Shown here: piece by piece, positions 18,782 to 27,259 of the stretch | How the letters are laid out: every line of letters begins with the position of its first letter | Numbering within the stretch: the first letter of the stretch is position 1 | Origin: Fidelibacterota bacterium | GTDB lineage: Bacteria > Fidelibacterota > Fidelibacteria > Fidelibacterales > Fidelibacteraceae | Reading direction: 5' to 3' | NCBI GenBank assembly: GCA_046482575.1 | Contig: JAWOEU010000035.1 | Coordinates: 1 to 59,578, forward strand | DNA length: 59,578 nucleotides | Translations under genes and position numbers: made by a program | The notes under the pieces: model-generated | The model's input: the letters and a program-made list of their open reading frames with translations, nothing else | The model's database searches: none | What the model was told of the DNA's origin: nothing

Positions 18782-19663
18782 ATGAAAATTGCTGTAGCAA
18801 GCGGAAAAGGCGGAACAGGAAAAACCACGTTGTCAACCAATCTGGCATCTTTTCTCGCCGAAAGCCGTGAAACGGTTCTGGCCGACCTGGATGTAGAAGA
18901 ACCCAACTCGGGCCTGTTCATCCGGGCACAAGCGGGCGGGGAGGAAGACAAATATAAAATGATCCCGGAATGGGATGCGGGAAAATGTACTTTATGCGGT
19001 ATTTGCAGGGAAGTGTGCAATTTTAACGCCGTTACGCAGATCATGGACGAGATCATGGTCTTCCCGCAATTGTGTCACAGCTGTTATGCCTGCTCGGAAC
19101 TGTGCCCCCGTGACGCATTGCCGATGAAAAAGCAAAAGATGGGGGTGCTCCGCTATTTTAAGCAGGGAAATCTTTCCTTTGTTGAAAGTGAACTTGACAT
19201 CGGCGAAGAACAGGCGGTGCCGCTGATAGCGCAGACCATTGCATACGTGGACAGGCATTGTCCCGGGGATGTCATCAAGATCTTCGATGCCCCGCCGGGA
19301 ACTTCCTGCCCGGTGATCGAGGCGACAAAAGATGCCGACCTCGTTATTCTGGTTACGGAACCCACGCCCGTGGGACTGCATGATCTCAGCCTGGCGGTTG
19401 AGACCATGAAAGCACTGAAAAAAGATTTTTGTGTTGTCATCAACCGTGACGGTCTGGGGAATGCCGATGTGGAAAACTATTGTGTCAGGGAAAATATCCC
19501 CATCATTGCGAAGATCCCTAACCAGAGGAGCATCGCGGAGTTTTATTCCGACGGGAAATTATTGTATCATGACATTGATGTGGTGAAGGATGCCCTGGAT
19601 ATGATCATTGCATACATTGATAAAAGATCCGGGAAGACGGGAACGGATAAGGATCGCAAATGA
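18782..19663 (+). CDS. MinD/ParA-type P-loop ATPase with inserted 2x[4Fe-4S] ferredoxin module (COG1149-like), paralog 1
   Basis: Deviant Walker A SGKGGTGKTT, inserted CTLCGICREVC and CHSCYACSELCP motifs, and conserved PPGTSCP. Confidence 0.88.
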   Translation: MKIAVASGKGGTGKTTLSTNLASFLAESRETVLADLDVEEPNSGLFIRAQAGGEEDKYKMIPEWDAGKCTLCGICREVCNFNAVTQIMDEIMVFPQLCHSCYACSELCPRDALPMKKQKMGVLRYFKQGNLSFVESELDIGEEQAVPLIAQTIAYVDRHCPGDVIKIFDAPPGTSCPVIEATKDADLVILVTEPTPVGLHDLSLAVETMKALKKDFCVVINRDGLGNADVENYCVRENIPIIAKIPNQRSIAEFYSDGKLLYHDIDVVKDALDMIIAYIDKRSGKTGTDKDRK

Positions 19664-20529
19664 AAGAGATCGTGGTCATATCGGGAAAAGGCGGTACGGG
19701 GAAAACCTCACTGACAGCTTCTTTTGCATATCTGGCCGCCGGCGATATTATTGTTGCCGACTGCGATGTTGATGCGGCGGATATGCACGTGTTCCTGCAG
19801 CCGGATTTTGCAAATGAAAAGGATTTTTACAGCGGGCAGGTGGCGGTCATTGATCCCGGTATATGTACGGATTGCGGGAAATGCGTCCGGACCTGCCGCT
19901 TTGACGCTATCCGCATCATTAACGGCAGGCATGCCGTGAACGCCCTGGATTGCGAAGGCTGCGGCTATTGTTCGAGGATCTGTCCCGTGAACGCCATTAC
20001 GGACAAGGACAATCATGTGGGCTGGTGGTATCGTTCCGCGATCAAAACGGGGACAAAGATGCTGCATGCAAAAATGAAGGTCGGCGCCGAAAATTCCGGA
20101 AAGCTTGTGGCGAAGGTAAAAAAGGAAGCAAAACGTATGGCCGAAGAAGGAAAAAAGAAGCTTGTGCTGGTCGACGGTTCGCCCGGGACAGGCTGTCCCG
20201 TGGTTTCATCGCTTTCGGGAGCAAGTTATGTTATCCTGGTCACGGAACCTACTGTCTCCGGACTGCACGACCTTCAGCGAGTCTACGAACTGGTGGAGAA
20301 ATTCCGGATCAAAGCAGGATGCATTGTGAATAAGGCGGATCTGAATCGGAACAAAAGGGATGATATCGCCGCCTATCTCAAGAAAAAAGGTATAGACCAT
20401 CTTGCCGACATACCCTATGATGAAACCTTTACGCGGGCGATGGTCAGCGGTAAAACCATGGCCGAATTTACCGGGAGCAGAGTACGGAAAATTCTGGTAG
20501 AGACCTGGAATAAGATCGTTAATAAATAA
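19660..20529 (+). CDS. MinD/ParA-type P-loop ATPase with inserted 2x[4Fe-4S] ferredoxin module (COG1149-like), paralog 2
   Basis: SGKGGTGKTS, CTDCGKCVRTC and CEGCGYCSRICP motifs, and SPGTGCP. ATGA overlap with paralog 1. Confidence 0.88.
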   Translation: MKEIVVISGKGGTGKTSLTASFAYLAAGDIIVADCDVDAADMHVFLQPDFANEKDFYSGQVAVIDPGICTDCGKCVRTCRFDAIRIINGRHAVNALDCEGCGYCSRICPVNAITDKDNHVGWWYRSAIKTGTKMLHAKMKVGAENSGKLVAKVKKEAKRMAEEGKKKLVLVDGSPGTGCPVVSSLSGASYVILVTEPTVSGLHDLQRVYELVEKFRIKAGCIVNKADLNRNKRDDIAAYLKKKGIDHLADIPYDETFTRAMVSGKTMAEFTGSRVRKILVETWNKIVNK

Positions 20530-20557
20530 CATAAACGTAAAACCCAAAAGGAAAAAC

Positions 20558-20896
20558 ATGAAAATTGCATTTACATCAAAAGGAAAAGACTGGGATGCAC
20601 CTGTAGATCCGAGATTCGGCCGCACAGAATATTTTTTCATTTACGATGAAGAAAAGGATGAATCACGGATCGTAGACAATACGGAAGTCAAGAACGAAGC
20701 CCACGGTGCAGGACCGAAAACCGCGCAGAAGCTTTTTGAAGAAAAGGCGGATGTGCTGATCACCGGTAACGGACCGGGCGGAAACGCCGCATCGGTCCTT
20801 GAAAAGGCGGGTATACGCATCTATACGGATGCCGGAGATATGAGTGTTAGGGAAGCTTATGCAGCGTATAGGAAGGGCGATCTGAAGCAATTCTGA
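20558..20896 (+). CDS. NifX/NifB-C-terminal-like (dinitrogenase FeMo-cofactor-binding domain family) protein 1
   Basis: 112 aa with MKIAFTS...VDPRFGRTEYFFIYD ... VLITGNGPGGNA..L...GI.IY, typical of the PF02579-type fold. Confidence 0.85.
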   Translation: MKIAFTSKGKDWDAPVDPRFGRTEYFFIYDEEKDESRIVDNTEVKNEAHGAGPKTAQKLFEEKADVLITGNGPGGNAASVLEKAGIRIYTDAGDMSVREAYAAYRKGDLKQF

Positions 20897-21026
20897 AGAG
20901 AAACCGTATATCGAATGCACAAAGAAATTTGTCATTTATTTTCCGAAAAAAATGTATGTTGCGGGTGATTATCCGCAAGCGTTCAGCGGAACCGGAGAAA
21001 GTAAAAAAGAAAAAAAGGAGAAAAAT

Positions 21027-21362
21027 ATGGTTATTACCGTACCCGTTGTACAGAAAAGGCTTTCACAGCATTTCGGACACTGTGAGACATTTCGCTTTTA
21101 TTATACCGATAAAGACAATAATATTATTAATACCGAGGAAAAAACGCCCCCGCCCCATGAACCCGGAGTACTTCCCAAATGGCTCTCGGAAGAAGGAGCG
21201 GATGTTATTATTACCGGCGGCATGGGAATGCATGCTCAGCGCCTTTTCAGTAATTACGGCATTGAAGTGGTACTTGGAGCGCCCGCAGAAGACCCCGGAT
21301 GCGTTGTAAAGGAATGGATAGGGGGAAATCTGCAGACCGGTGAAAACCCCTGCGATCATTAA
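21027..21362 (+). CDS. NifX/NifB-C-terminal-like protein 2
   Basis: ATG 21027 has a strong AAGGAG RBS, whereas the track start at 20952 adds a low-complexity leader. Motifs: LSQHFGHCETFRFY ... VIITGGMGMHAQRLF..GIEVV. Confidence 0.8.
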   Translation: MVITVPVVQKRLSQHFGHCETFRFYYTDKDNNIINTEEKTPPPHEPGVLPKWLSEEGADVIITGGMGMHAQRLFSNYGIEVVLGAPAEDPGCVVKEWIGGNLQTGENPCDH

Positions 21363-21394
21363 TAAACAAATAAACATTTTCTGTGATAGAAAAA

Positions 21395-21419
21395 AACACC
21401 CCGCCGACGGCGGGGTGTT
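21395..21419. terminator. GC-rich hairpin acting as terminator (T-run on the minus strand after tRNA-Glu; ends the plus-strand operon)
   Basis: The aacaccccgcc / ggcggggtgtt 11-bp stem has A7 on its left flank, which is T7 for the minus strand. Confidence 0.7.
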
Positions 21420-21423
21420 GCAG

Positions 21424-21495
21424 TATCCCGTAGGGGAGTCGAACCCCTGTTGCAGGAATGAAAATCCTGAGTCCTAACCACTGAACGAACGGGAC
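21424..21495 (-). tRNA. tRNA-Glu (anticodon TTC), no encoded CCA
   Basis: 72 nt: GTCCCGT..., anticodon arm CAGGA-TTTTCAT-TCCTG, T-arm AGGGG-TTCGACT-CCCCT, 3' end ACGGGAT-A. Confidence 0.92.
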
Positions 21496-21657
21496 ACTTG
21501 TCAAAGCCCGAAAGTATAAAATGTTTTATATAAAGAGGCAAGAAAAATTTTTATATTTTCCCGAAACCCGAAAAAAATTGAAGTAAATGATATAAAAATA
21601 TTGTTTTCATTATCAATACGGACTTCTTTTCTTTTGCAGTAAGGTTTATCGACGGTC

Positions 21658-22440
21658 TCAGGGATTTTCCAGATAGCTGACCGTGAAATAGCGGTCGGGG
21701 ACATCCGGGTTCAATGCAAATTCCTGCATGATCATATCTGAACTGCGTCCGTCCTGTACATTCCGGATCTTCATGTGCGTTATCAGATAACGCGGAGGTG
21801 CTTCAGAGACTGTCTCATAGTCCGTTACGGTCAGCACCTTATGCAGAATATTGTCAAAGTCATAGTATTCGGAATGCACGGCCACACCTTCTTCCTTTGT
21901 TATCCAACTGATCTTGCGGAGAAAGCCATATTCGTCCTCCGCAGCCGTACTGACGGGCCTGATCTCTATTTTCCAGCAGGGTCGTCCCTGCTTTTTCTCT
22001 TCTCCCAGCAATACATAATTGAAATCATCCGGATTCGGAGCGGACATGTCCGCCTTGGAGAATTCCGAACCCATGAAGGAAGAGCTTTTCTCCGAAGACA
22101 CGATACGTCGCGATTTCCGGCTGACAGGAAGATATATCCACATATCGTCCTTCCGGTCTTCATAGTCGACGATGAGCATGCCCATGCCTTTGACATCCGC
22201 CGGTTCAAGAAAACGGATGATCCGTTTCTCAATATCGCCGGGATAGCTTTTTGAGGCCATGGCAGTGGTGCGCACCCGTTCCCGCTCTTTTGCATCACGG
22301 ATAATAAGAGTGGAAGTAGCCTCAAATCCCTTTAGTTTACTGCGTTCGCGGGAGGAGAGAATAATATCCCGTGCTGTTTCGGCAAAAAGTGAAGCACTTA
22401 GTAATACGATCAGGCATGCCATAGATATTTTTTTCATCAT
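21658..22440 (-). CDS. LolA-like / DUF1329-type outer membrane lipoprotein-sorting family protein
   Basis: Signal peptide, size and sequence style of the LolA_like family. It has a 4-nt overlap with the MMPL gene. The family call is by resemblance only. Confidence 0.7.
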   Translation of the reverse strand: MMKKISMACLIVLLSASLFAETARDIILSSRERSKLKGFEATSTLIIRDAKERERVRTTAMASKSYPGDIEKRIIRFLEPADVKGMGMLIVDYEDRKDDMWIYLPVSRKSRRIVSSEKSSSFMGSEFSKADMSAPNPDDFNYVLLGEEKKQGRPCWKIEIRPVSTAAEDEYGFLRKISWITKEEGVAVHSEYYDFDNILHKVLTVTDYETVSEAPPRYLITHMKIRNVQDGRSSDMIMQEFALNPDVPDRYFTVSYLENP

Positions 22441-24710
22441 TTCTTCCTTTCTTCTAAGAATTTAGGTTTCCAGAGTATACTCATGGCTGGTACAAGAACG
22501 AGGGCAGCGGTCAAGCATACCGTAATGGAGATCACAACAAGGAAACCGAAGTACTGTATGGGACGGAAAGCCGAGAAAACCAGGGCGACAAAACCGACGA
22601 TCACGGACCAGGCATTGAAAACAATACCCTTCCCCGATCCCAGCAGTGTGGTACGGACCGCCTTTTCGGGGGTATTCCCCCCGCGCAGTTCACTGCGGTA
22701 GCGCCAGAGAAAGTGAATGGTATAATCGACGCCCACTCCGATCATGATCGAAGACAGCAGGGCGGTGGCTGCATCCAGGCGAACACCACTGTATCCCATG
22801 GTACCGAACAGGATGATCTCTGCAAGCACAAGCGGCAGAGATGCAAAGAGTCCTGCCGTGAAGGAGCGGAAAATAACTATCAGAATTACGGCGATAGCCG
22901 CAAAGGCCAGTATCAACGATTTTATCTGTCCATTGACAATGGAAATGTTCATATCCGATGTGATCATGGCATGTCCGCCCAGCATACTGACACGGGGATC
23001 ATCCCGGGTGAGGTCTTCAATATAGCTGACAACTTTCCGGATAATGTATCCGTCTGCTTTATTAATTCGTACGATCATCTGCGCATGGCGGTAGTCAAAA
23101 TCGATCAGCTGTTCAAAGTCGTCCGGATCACCGTTCATATAATAGAGTTCAAGGTACTGCGCTACACCCTGTTCTTCCGGGGGGATGGTATCGTAATGCG
23201 GATGCCCCGGTTCATACAGTCCCCTGGATATTTCACGGATCGCCGTGACAATGGATTTTACATCTCCGACATCGGGATGTGAGGAAAGATTTTTTTCGTA
23301 GGCCTGCATCCGTTTCAATAAGGCCGGGTCCTTGATATTCCCTTTAAAGAGAATGGACAGATTCTGGGATCCGCCGAAGTCTTCATTAATGACCGAGGAA
23401 CTGATCTTGACGGGATGCTTCTTTTTAAAGAAGTTTTCCATATTCCCGTCTATTTTGAGCATAAAGATACCGCCTGCCAGAATAAATGTAAAAATAAAAG
23501 AAAAGAGAACGATCTTCTTCGGATGTACAATGATCCAGTCTGCGAGAAAATGCAAAATGCGGTCAAGCAAAGAAACTTTCAGCTTGCCGTTATGATATCT
23601 TTTTTTTTGTTCTTTGACCGGTAGACAACTAAGGACGGCAGGGATAAAGAAAAGACTCAAAAGCACGGCCCAGACAATACCGATGGAAGCAAGTATTCCC
23701 AGTTGCCGGGCATGAACGATGATATGGACAAGCAGGCCCAGTATTCCCGCCACCGTGGTAATCCCGGTTACCGTGACCGGCCTTTTCAAGTTGCTGAACG
23801 CGCCTATTGCCAGTTTTTTGTTTGTCCAGTCCGGATGCATGCTTTGCAGTTCGTTGTATTTTGCAATAATATGTATACCGTAATCATTAGCCACCGCTAT
23901 CAGCATGACAGGCATGAGAATGGTGACAATAGAGATATGCCAGCCGAACAGCGGCATCAGTCCGAAAGAAACAATAATAGCCATCAGGACCACCGAAAGC
24001 GGAAGCAGGACACCCCGGAAACGGCGGAAAGCAAAATACAGCATACTTGTCATCAGCAAAAAGCCGATGGGAAGAAGATAGACAACATCACGTGAGATAT
24101 CCTGCATGATGGAGGCGTTCACAATGGGCAGTCCGCCCATATAGATCTTTTCATCCCCCGGAAGTTCCTCAAGAATATTCCGTATTTTCATGATAAGATC
24201 ATTCTCTTCAAGATCTTTGTTGACATTCAGTACAATTGCCGTTTTACTGAAATCATCCGAAACGACCGTTCCCCTGACAAAAGGATTGTCGAGCAGATCC
24301 TGCCGCAATGATTCCCGTGCTTCGGGAGTTTGCGGTATGCGGGCCGGCACAGCGGGATCCACGACCATCATTCCGCTGCGGTTCTTTATGTGCTTTAAGG
24401 TAAACAGGGAGCTAACCCGCTCAAACTCATTGCGCCGTTCGAATACACGGGTCAGTTCCTTTACGCGCTGCAGGGTTTCCGGCCTGAGCACATCATCCGT
24501 TTCCAGAACAAGAATAATGATCTTATTGCTTCCGAAAATACTTTCGATCTCATTGGTTTGCATTCGTGAGGGCATTTCCTCCGGTATCAGTTCCTTAATA
24601 TCACTTTCGATTTTCAGTTGTGTGAGACCGAGAACAAAGAACAGAGTAATAAGCGGGAACAGGAAAATGATCAGGAAGCGATATTTCAAAATGAATTTTT
24701 CACTGCGCAT
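22437..24710 (-). CDS. MMPL/RND-superfamily exporter (COG1033-like)
   Basis: 757 aa with two 5-6-helix bundles, each preceded by a large periplasmic domain. Confidence 0.9.
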   Translation of the reverse strand: MRSEKFILKYRFLIIFLFPLITLFFVLGLTQLKIESDIKELIPEEMPSRMQTNEIESIFGSNKIIILVLETDDVLRPETLQRVKELTRVFERRNEFERVSSLFTLKHIKNRSGMMVVDPAVPARIPQTPEARESLRQDLLDNPFVRGTVVSDDFSKTAIVLNVNKDLEENDLIMKIRNILEELPGDEKIYMGGLPIVNASIMQDISRDVVYLLPIGFLLMTSMLYFAFRRFRGVLLPLSVVLMAIIVSFGLMPLFGWHISIVTILMPVMLIAVANDYGIHIIAKYNELQSMHPDWTNKKLAIGAFSNLKRPVTVTGITTVAGILGLLVHIIVHARQLGILASIGIVWAVLLSLFFIPAVLSCLPVKEQKKRYHNGKLKVSLLDRILHFLADWIIVHPKKIVLFSFIFTFILAGGIFMLKIDGNMENFFKKKHPVKISSSVINEDFGGSQNLSILFKGNIKDPALLKRMQAYEKNLSSHPDVGDVKSIVTAIREISRGLYEPGHPHYDTIPPEEQGVAQYLELYYMNGDPDDFEQLIDFDYRHAQMIVRINKADGYIIRKVVSYIEDLTRDDPRVSMLGGHAMITSDMNISIVNGQIKSLILAFAAIAVILIVIFRSFTAGLFASLPLVLAEIILFGTMGYSGVRLDAATALLSSIMIGVGVDYTIHFLWRYRSELRGGNTPEKAVRTTLLGSGKGIVFNAWSVIVGFVALVFSAFRPIQYFGFLVVISITVCLTAALVLVPAMSILWKPKFLEERKK

Positions 24711-24722
24711 GGCATGTATTCC

Positions 24723-26018
24723 TTAAAAAAAGACTTTTATTTCCGCAAAAAAACCGTTGTACAGTTCAGACAGGAGCTCAAAGAGAGTATCGTCATCGCC
24801 GTTATAAACAGTCGCTCCCATACGAAAACGAAGAGCATCCGCGGGTTTGATGCTTATTGCCGGGGAAAACATGTATTCACCGGTGATAAAATGATAAAGA
24901 AAGGGTACTTCCATTTCAAATGTTTCGTGGAAAAGCGTCAGGGAAGGACGGACAAAAAGACTATGCTGAACCTTTTCCTGTTGGCGGAAAAGCAGGCGTT
25001 TGTAGGAAAGCAGCCGGTAGTCCATAAACAATGCGGGATCCTGTGGAGGTGCTGCATCCGAAAATTCCGGGATAAGTTTTCCGCTGTATTCAAGCAAAAT
25101 CCGCAAAGAGCCCAGCGAACGGTCCGTGCCGAAGGACCATTGGATCTCTTTTTCGGGAATATGGACAGATTGTCCCGGCCGGTCCGGTATCATGGATGTC
25201 CCTTCAAAACGAAAACTCCATGCGCCTGCAGTAAAAGCCGCATCAATCCCGAATACCTGCTGGCGCCATGCCTTTTGGAAAAAATCATAACGTATATCCG
25301 CGGGTGAGTTTACTGTCATTTCCGACGCAAATCCGGGCTGTAGTGCATAAGCATTGAGATAAGAAAATCCGGCATCATAGTCGGACGTTACCAGATCAAG
25401 GCGGAGAGCGGCACCGCTGTTTTTGAAAGCAGGATCCGGAGCACGCAATCCGGTATATGTTACATTTTCCGGCATTTCAAAAATACCGGCCGGGATCTTA
25501 TTTGCCTGATATACCGGTATCCAGATACCCTGCAGACGGGCAAGTCCGCCGAAACGGATACTGCTGTTCAGCATAAGATTCCCCATCCGCATATCATCGG
25601 GTCCGTTATATACACGCTGCAGATCTTTCGGACTAATATTATCCGTTAGCTGAAAGGCATCCGCACGGCCCCAGATCTCAATTTGTTTTCCCAGGCGGGT
25701 GTGAAAAGGACCGAATGTCAGATCGACATACGCTTCACGGAGATCTGTGAGGAGGGTATCTTTTCCGGAAAAATGGCCGTAATGAAAGACCAGTTCCGTA
25801 AAAGCATAGGCTTTCTTTCCCGCTTCAGCTTTCAGCCTGATATCGGCGCGTGCGTGAATATCCTTTATATAGAGAGAGTCATTTTCATGCTCAAGAAGAA
25901 AGGCGCTTCGGATATCACCGTTCAGTTCATAAGCAGCACCGGAGGATTGCGCGCTCTCGAACAATCCCTGGGCAAAGATCAGAGTGAACATGAAAAAGGA
26001 GAAGAATATTTTTTTCAT
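24723..26018 (-). CDS. Outer-membrane beta-barrel protein (DUF1302-like)
   Basis: Signal peptide, alternating beta-strand pattern, and a C-terminal ...EIKVFF aromatic terminus. It is first in the operon with the MMPL and LolA-like genes. Confidence 0.6.
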   Translation of the reverse strand: MKKIFFSFFMFTLIFAQGLFESAQSSGAAYELNGDIRSAFLLEHENDSLYIKDIHARADIRLKAEAGKKAYAFTELVFHYGHFSGKDTLLTDLREAYVDLTFGPFHTRLGKQIEIWGRADAFQLTDNISPKDLQRVYNGPDDMRMGNLMLNSSIRFGGLARLQGIWIPVYQANKIPAGIFEMPENVTYTGLRAPDPAFKNSGAALRLDLVTSDYDAGFSYLNAYALQPGFASEMTVNSPADIRYDFFQKAWRQQVFGIDAAFTAGAWSFRFEGTSMIPDRPGQSVHIPEKEIQWSFGTDRSLGSLRILLEYSGKLIPEFSDAAPPQDPALFMDYRLLSYKRLLFRQQEKVQHSLFVRPSLTLFHETFEMEVPFLYHFITGEYMFSPAISIKPADALRFRMGATVYNGDDDTLFELLSELYNGFFAEIKVFF

Positions 26019-26155
26019 AATACCTGCTGTTTTTTCTGCAAATAATATGATAAAAATTATTCAAAAGCGTTCAGCTTGCGCGGATTGAACAACAAAGAGA
26101 GACTGTCCTGATGGTTTCTTGCGCCCGGACTTTTTCCTGTATCCAAAAAAGATCT

Positions 26156-27241
26156 TCAGCGTTTTTTCCGGTATTCGGAAGGGGTAAGTCCGACATGTTT
26201 TCTGAAAAGGGTATTGAAAGAAGATTTTGAATTAAAACCCGAATCATATCCGATGGCAAGGATAGTAAAACGGTCATTCCGCGGATCAGTAAGTTTTTCC
26301 TTTGCAATTTCGATCCGGTAAGTATTAATAAAATTATAAAAATTTTTACCGAGCTTTTCATTCAGGACCTGCGTGACATGATGCCGCGTTACATGTAAAA
26401 GGTTTGCCACATCAAGGATATTCAATTCGGGATCCAGATACAGCTGTTTTTCATCCATGACATCCAGCAGTTTTTGGCGTAAAAGTTCGAGTTCCCTGTC
26501 GCTCAGGCTGCTGTGCAGATATTTTTTCTGCTTCGGTTCCGGATAAATACGATCCTGCAGGAATCCGAAAATACTGAAAGCAAAGGCATGAAAGACAAGA
26601 ACGATATTTCCCATTAAGACGGGATCCAGGGAAAAATCGCTTATGACAATGCGTGTGAAACCGATAATAAAAACCGCGGCATAGAGCACGAAGAAAGAAA
26701 TGGAAACAAATAATGCCCAGCCAAGAGTTATCTTCTGGGAGGTGTAAGAATAAAGATTTTTGATACTTATACGGTGTTTATGCAATTTAATGAAAGTGAT
26801 GATAGAATACCCCATAAAGGAAAGTATAAGCAGGGCAGCGTAAGAGACACGCAGCGCGAGGAGTGAATCATTAACGAGAAAATTCTCAAAATCAAGCACG
26901 GGTTCTTTGCGGTAGATCAGAGAAACAATAAAAAAAGCGATTACCGGAACCGACAGACTTGGATAATAATAACGCAGACGCGGCTTTTCGGAGATAAGGG
27001 TATTAATATAAATATAGAGAAGAGGTCCGTAAATAAAAGGAAGAAAAGGGAATGCAGTTAGTGAAAAACGTGTGTTCAACAGTGACAACAGCATATTCAG
27101 AGAAATAAAGAACAGCCATACTGCAAGTATCCGGTCCGGTAGACGGGAATCCTTTTTCAAAAGAAACATAATGCCTGCATAAAAGGACTGTGCAAAACCG
27201 ATCGCCATTATGGCGATATTCAAATCATGATAGCCTGACAT
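26156..27241 (-). CDS. Membrane-anchored AraC-family transcriptional regulator
   Basis: About 230 aa with 6-7 hydrophobic helices, followed by an AraC HTH domain (...IGYDSGFNSKSSFNTLFRKHVGLTPSEYRK). Confidence 0.88.
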   Translation of the reverse strand: MSGYHDLNIAIMAIGFAQSFYAGIMFLLKKDSRLPDRILAVWLFFISLNMLLSLLNTRFSLTAFPFLPFIYGPLLYIYINTLISEKPRLRYYYPSLSVPVIAFFIVSLIYRKEPVLDFENFLVNDSLLALRVSYAALLILSFMGYSIITFIKLHKHRISIKNLYSYTSQKITLGWALFVSISFFVLYAAVFIIGFTRIVISDFSLDPVLMGNIVLVFHAFAFSIFGFLQDRIYPEPKQKKYLHSSLSDRELELLRQKLLDVMDEKQLYLDPELNILDVANLLHVTRHHVTQVLNEKLGKNFYNFINTYRIEIAKEKLTDPRNDRFTILAIGYDSGFNSKSSFNTLFRKHVGLTPSEYRKKR

Positions 27242-27259
27242 GGTTGTTAAATAATGGGT

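Noticed and set aside
18368-19056. Overlapping ORFs 18368..18706 (+) and 18511..19056 (-) in the GC-rich ferredoxin/ATPase region
   Set aside because: They are R/P/A/G-rich translations in an alternative frame and on the opposite strand of genes with clear Fe-S and P-loop motifs. There is no RBS or motif support.
20952-21026. 25-codon extension of the second NifX-like ORF
   Set aside because: It adds a low-complexity K/E leader with no RBS, whereas ATG 21027 has AAGGAG at ideal spacing.
26019-26155. Sigma-54 or Bacteroidetes-type (TAnnTTTG) promoter upstream of the barrel/MMPL operon
   Set aside because: A TTGCA is present, but there is no GG at the -24 position, and the TAnnTTTG pattern is not satisfied on exact reading.
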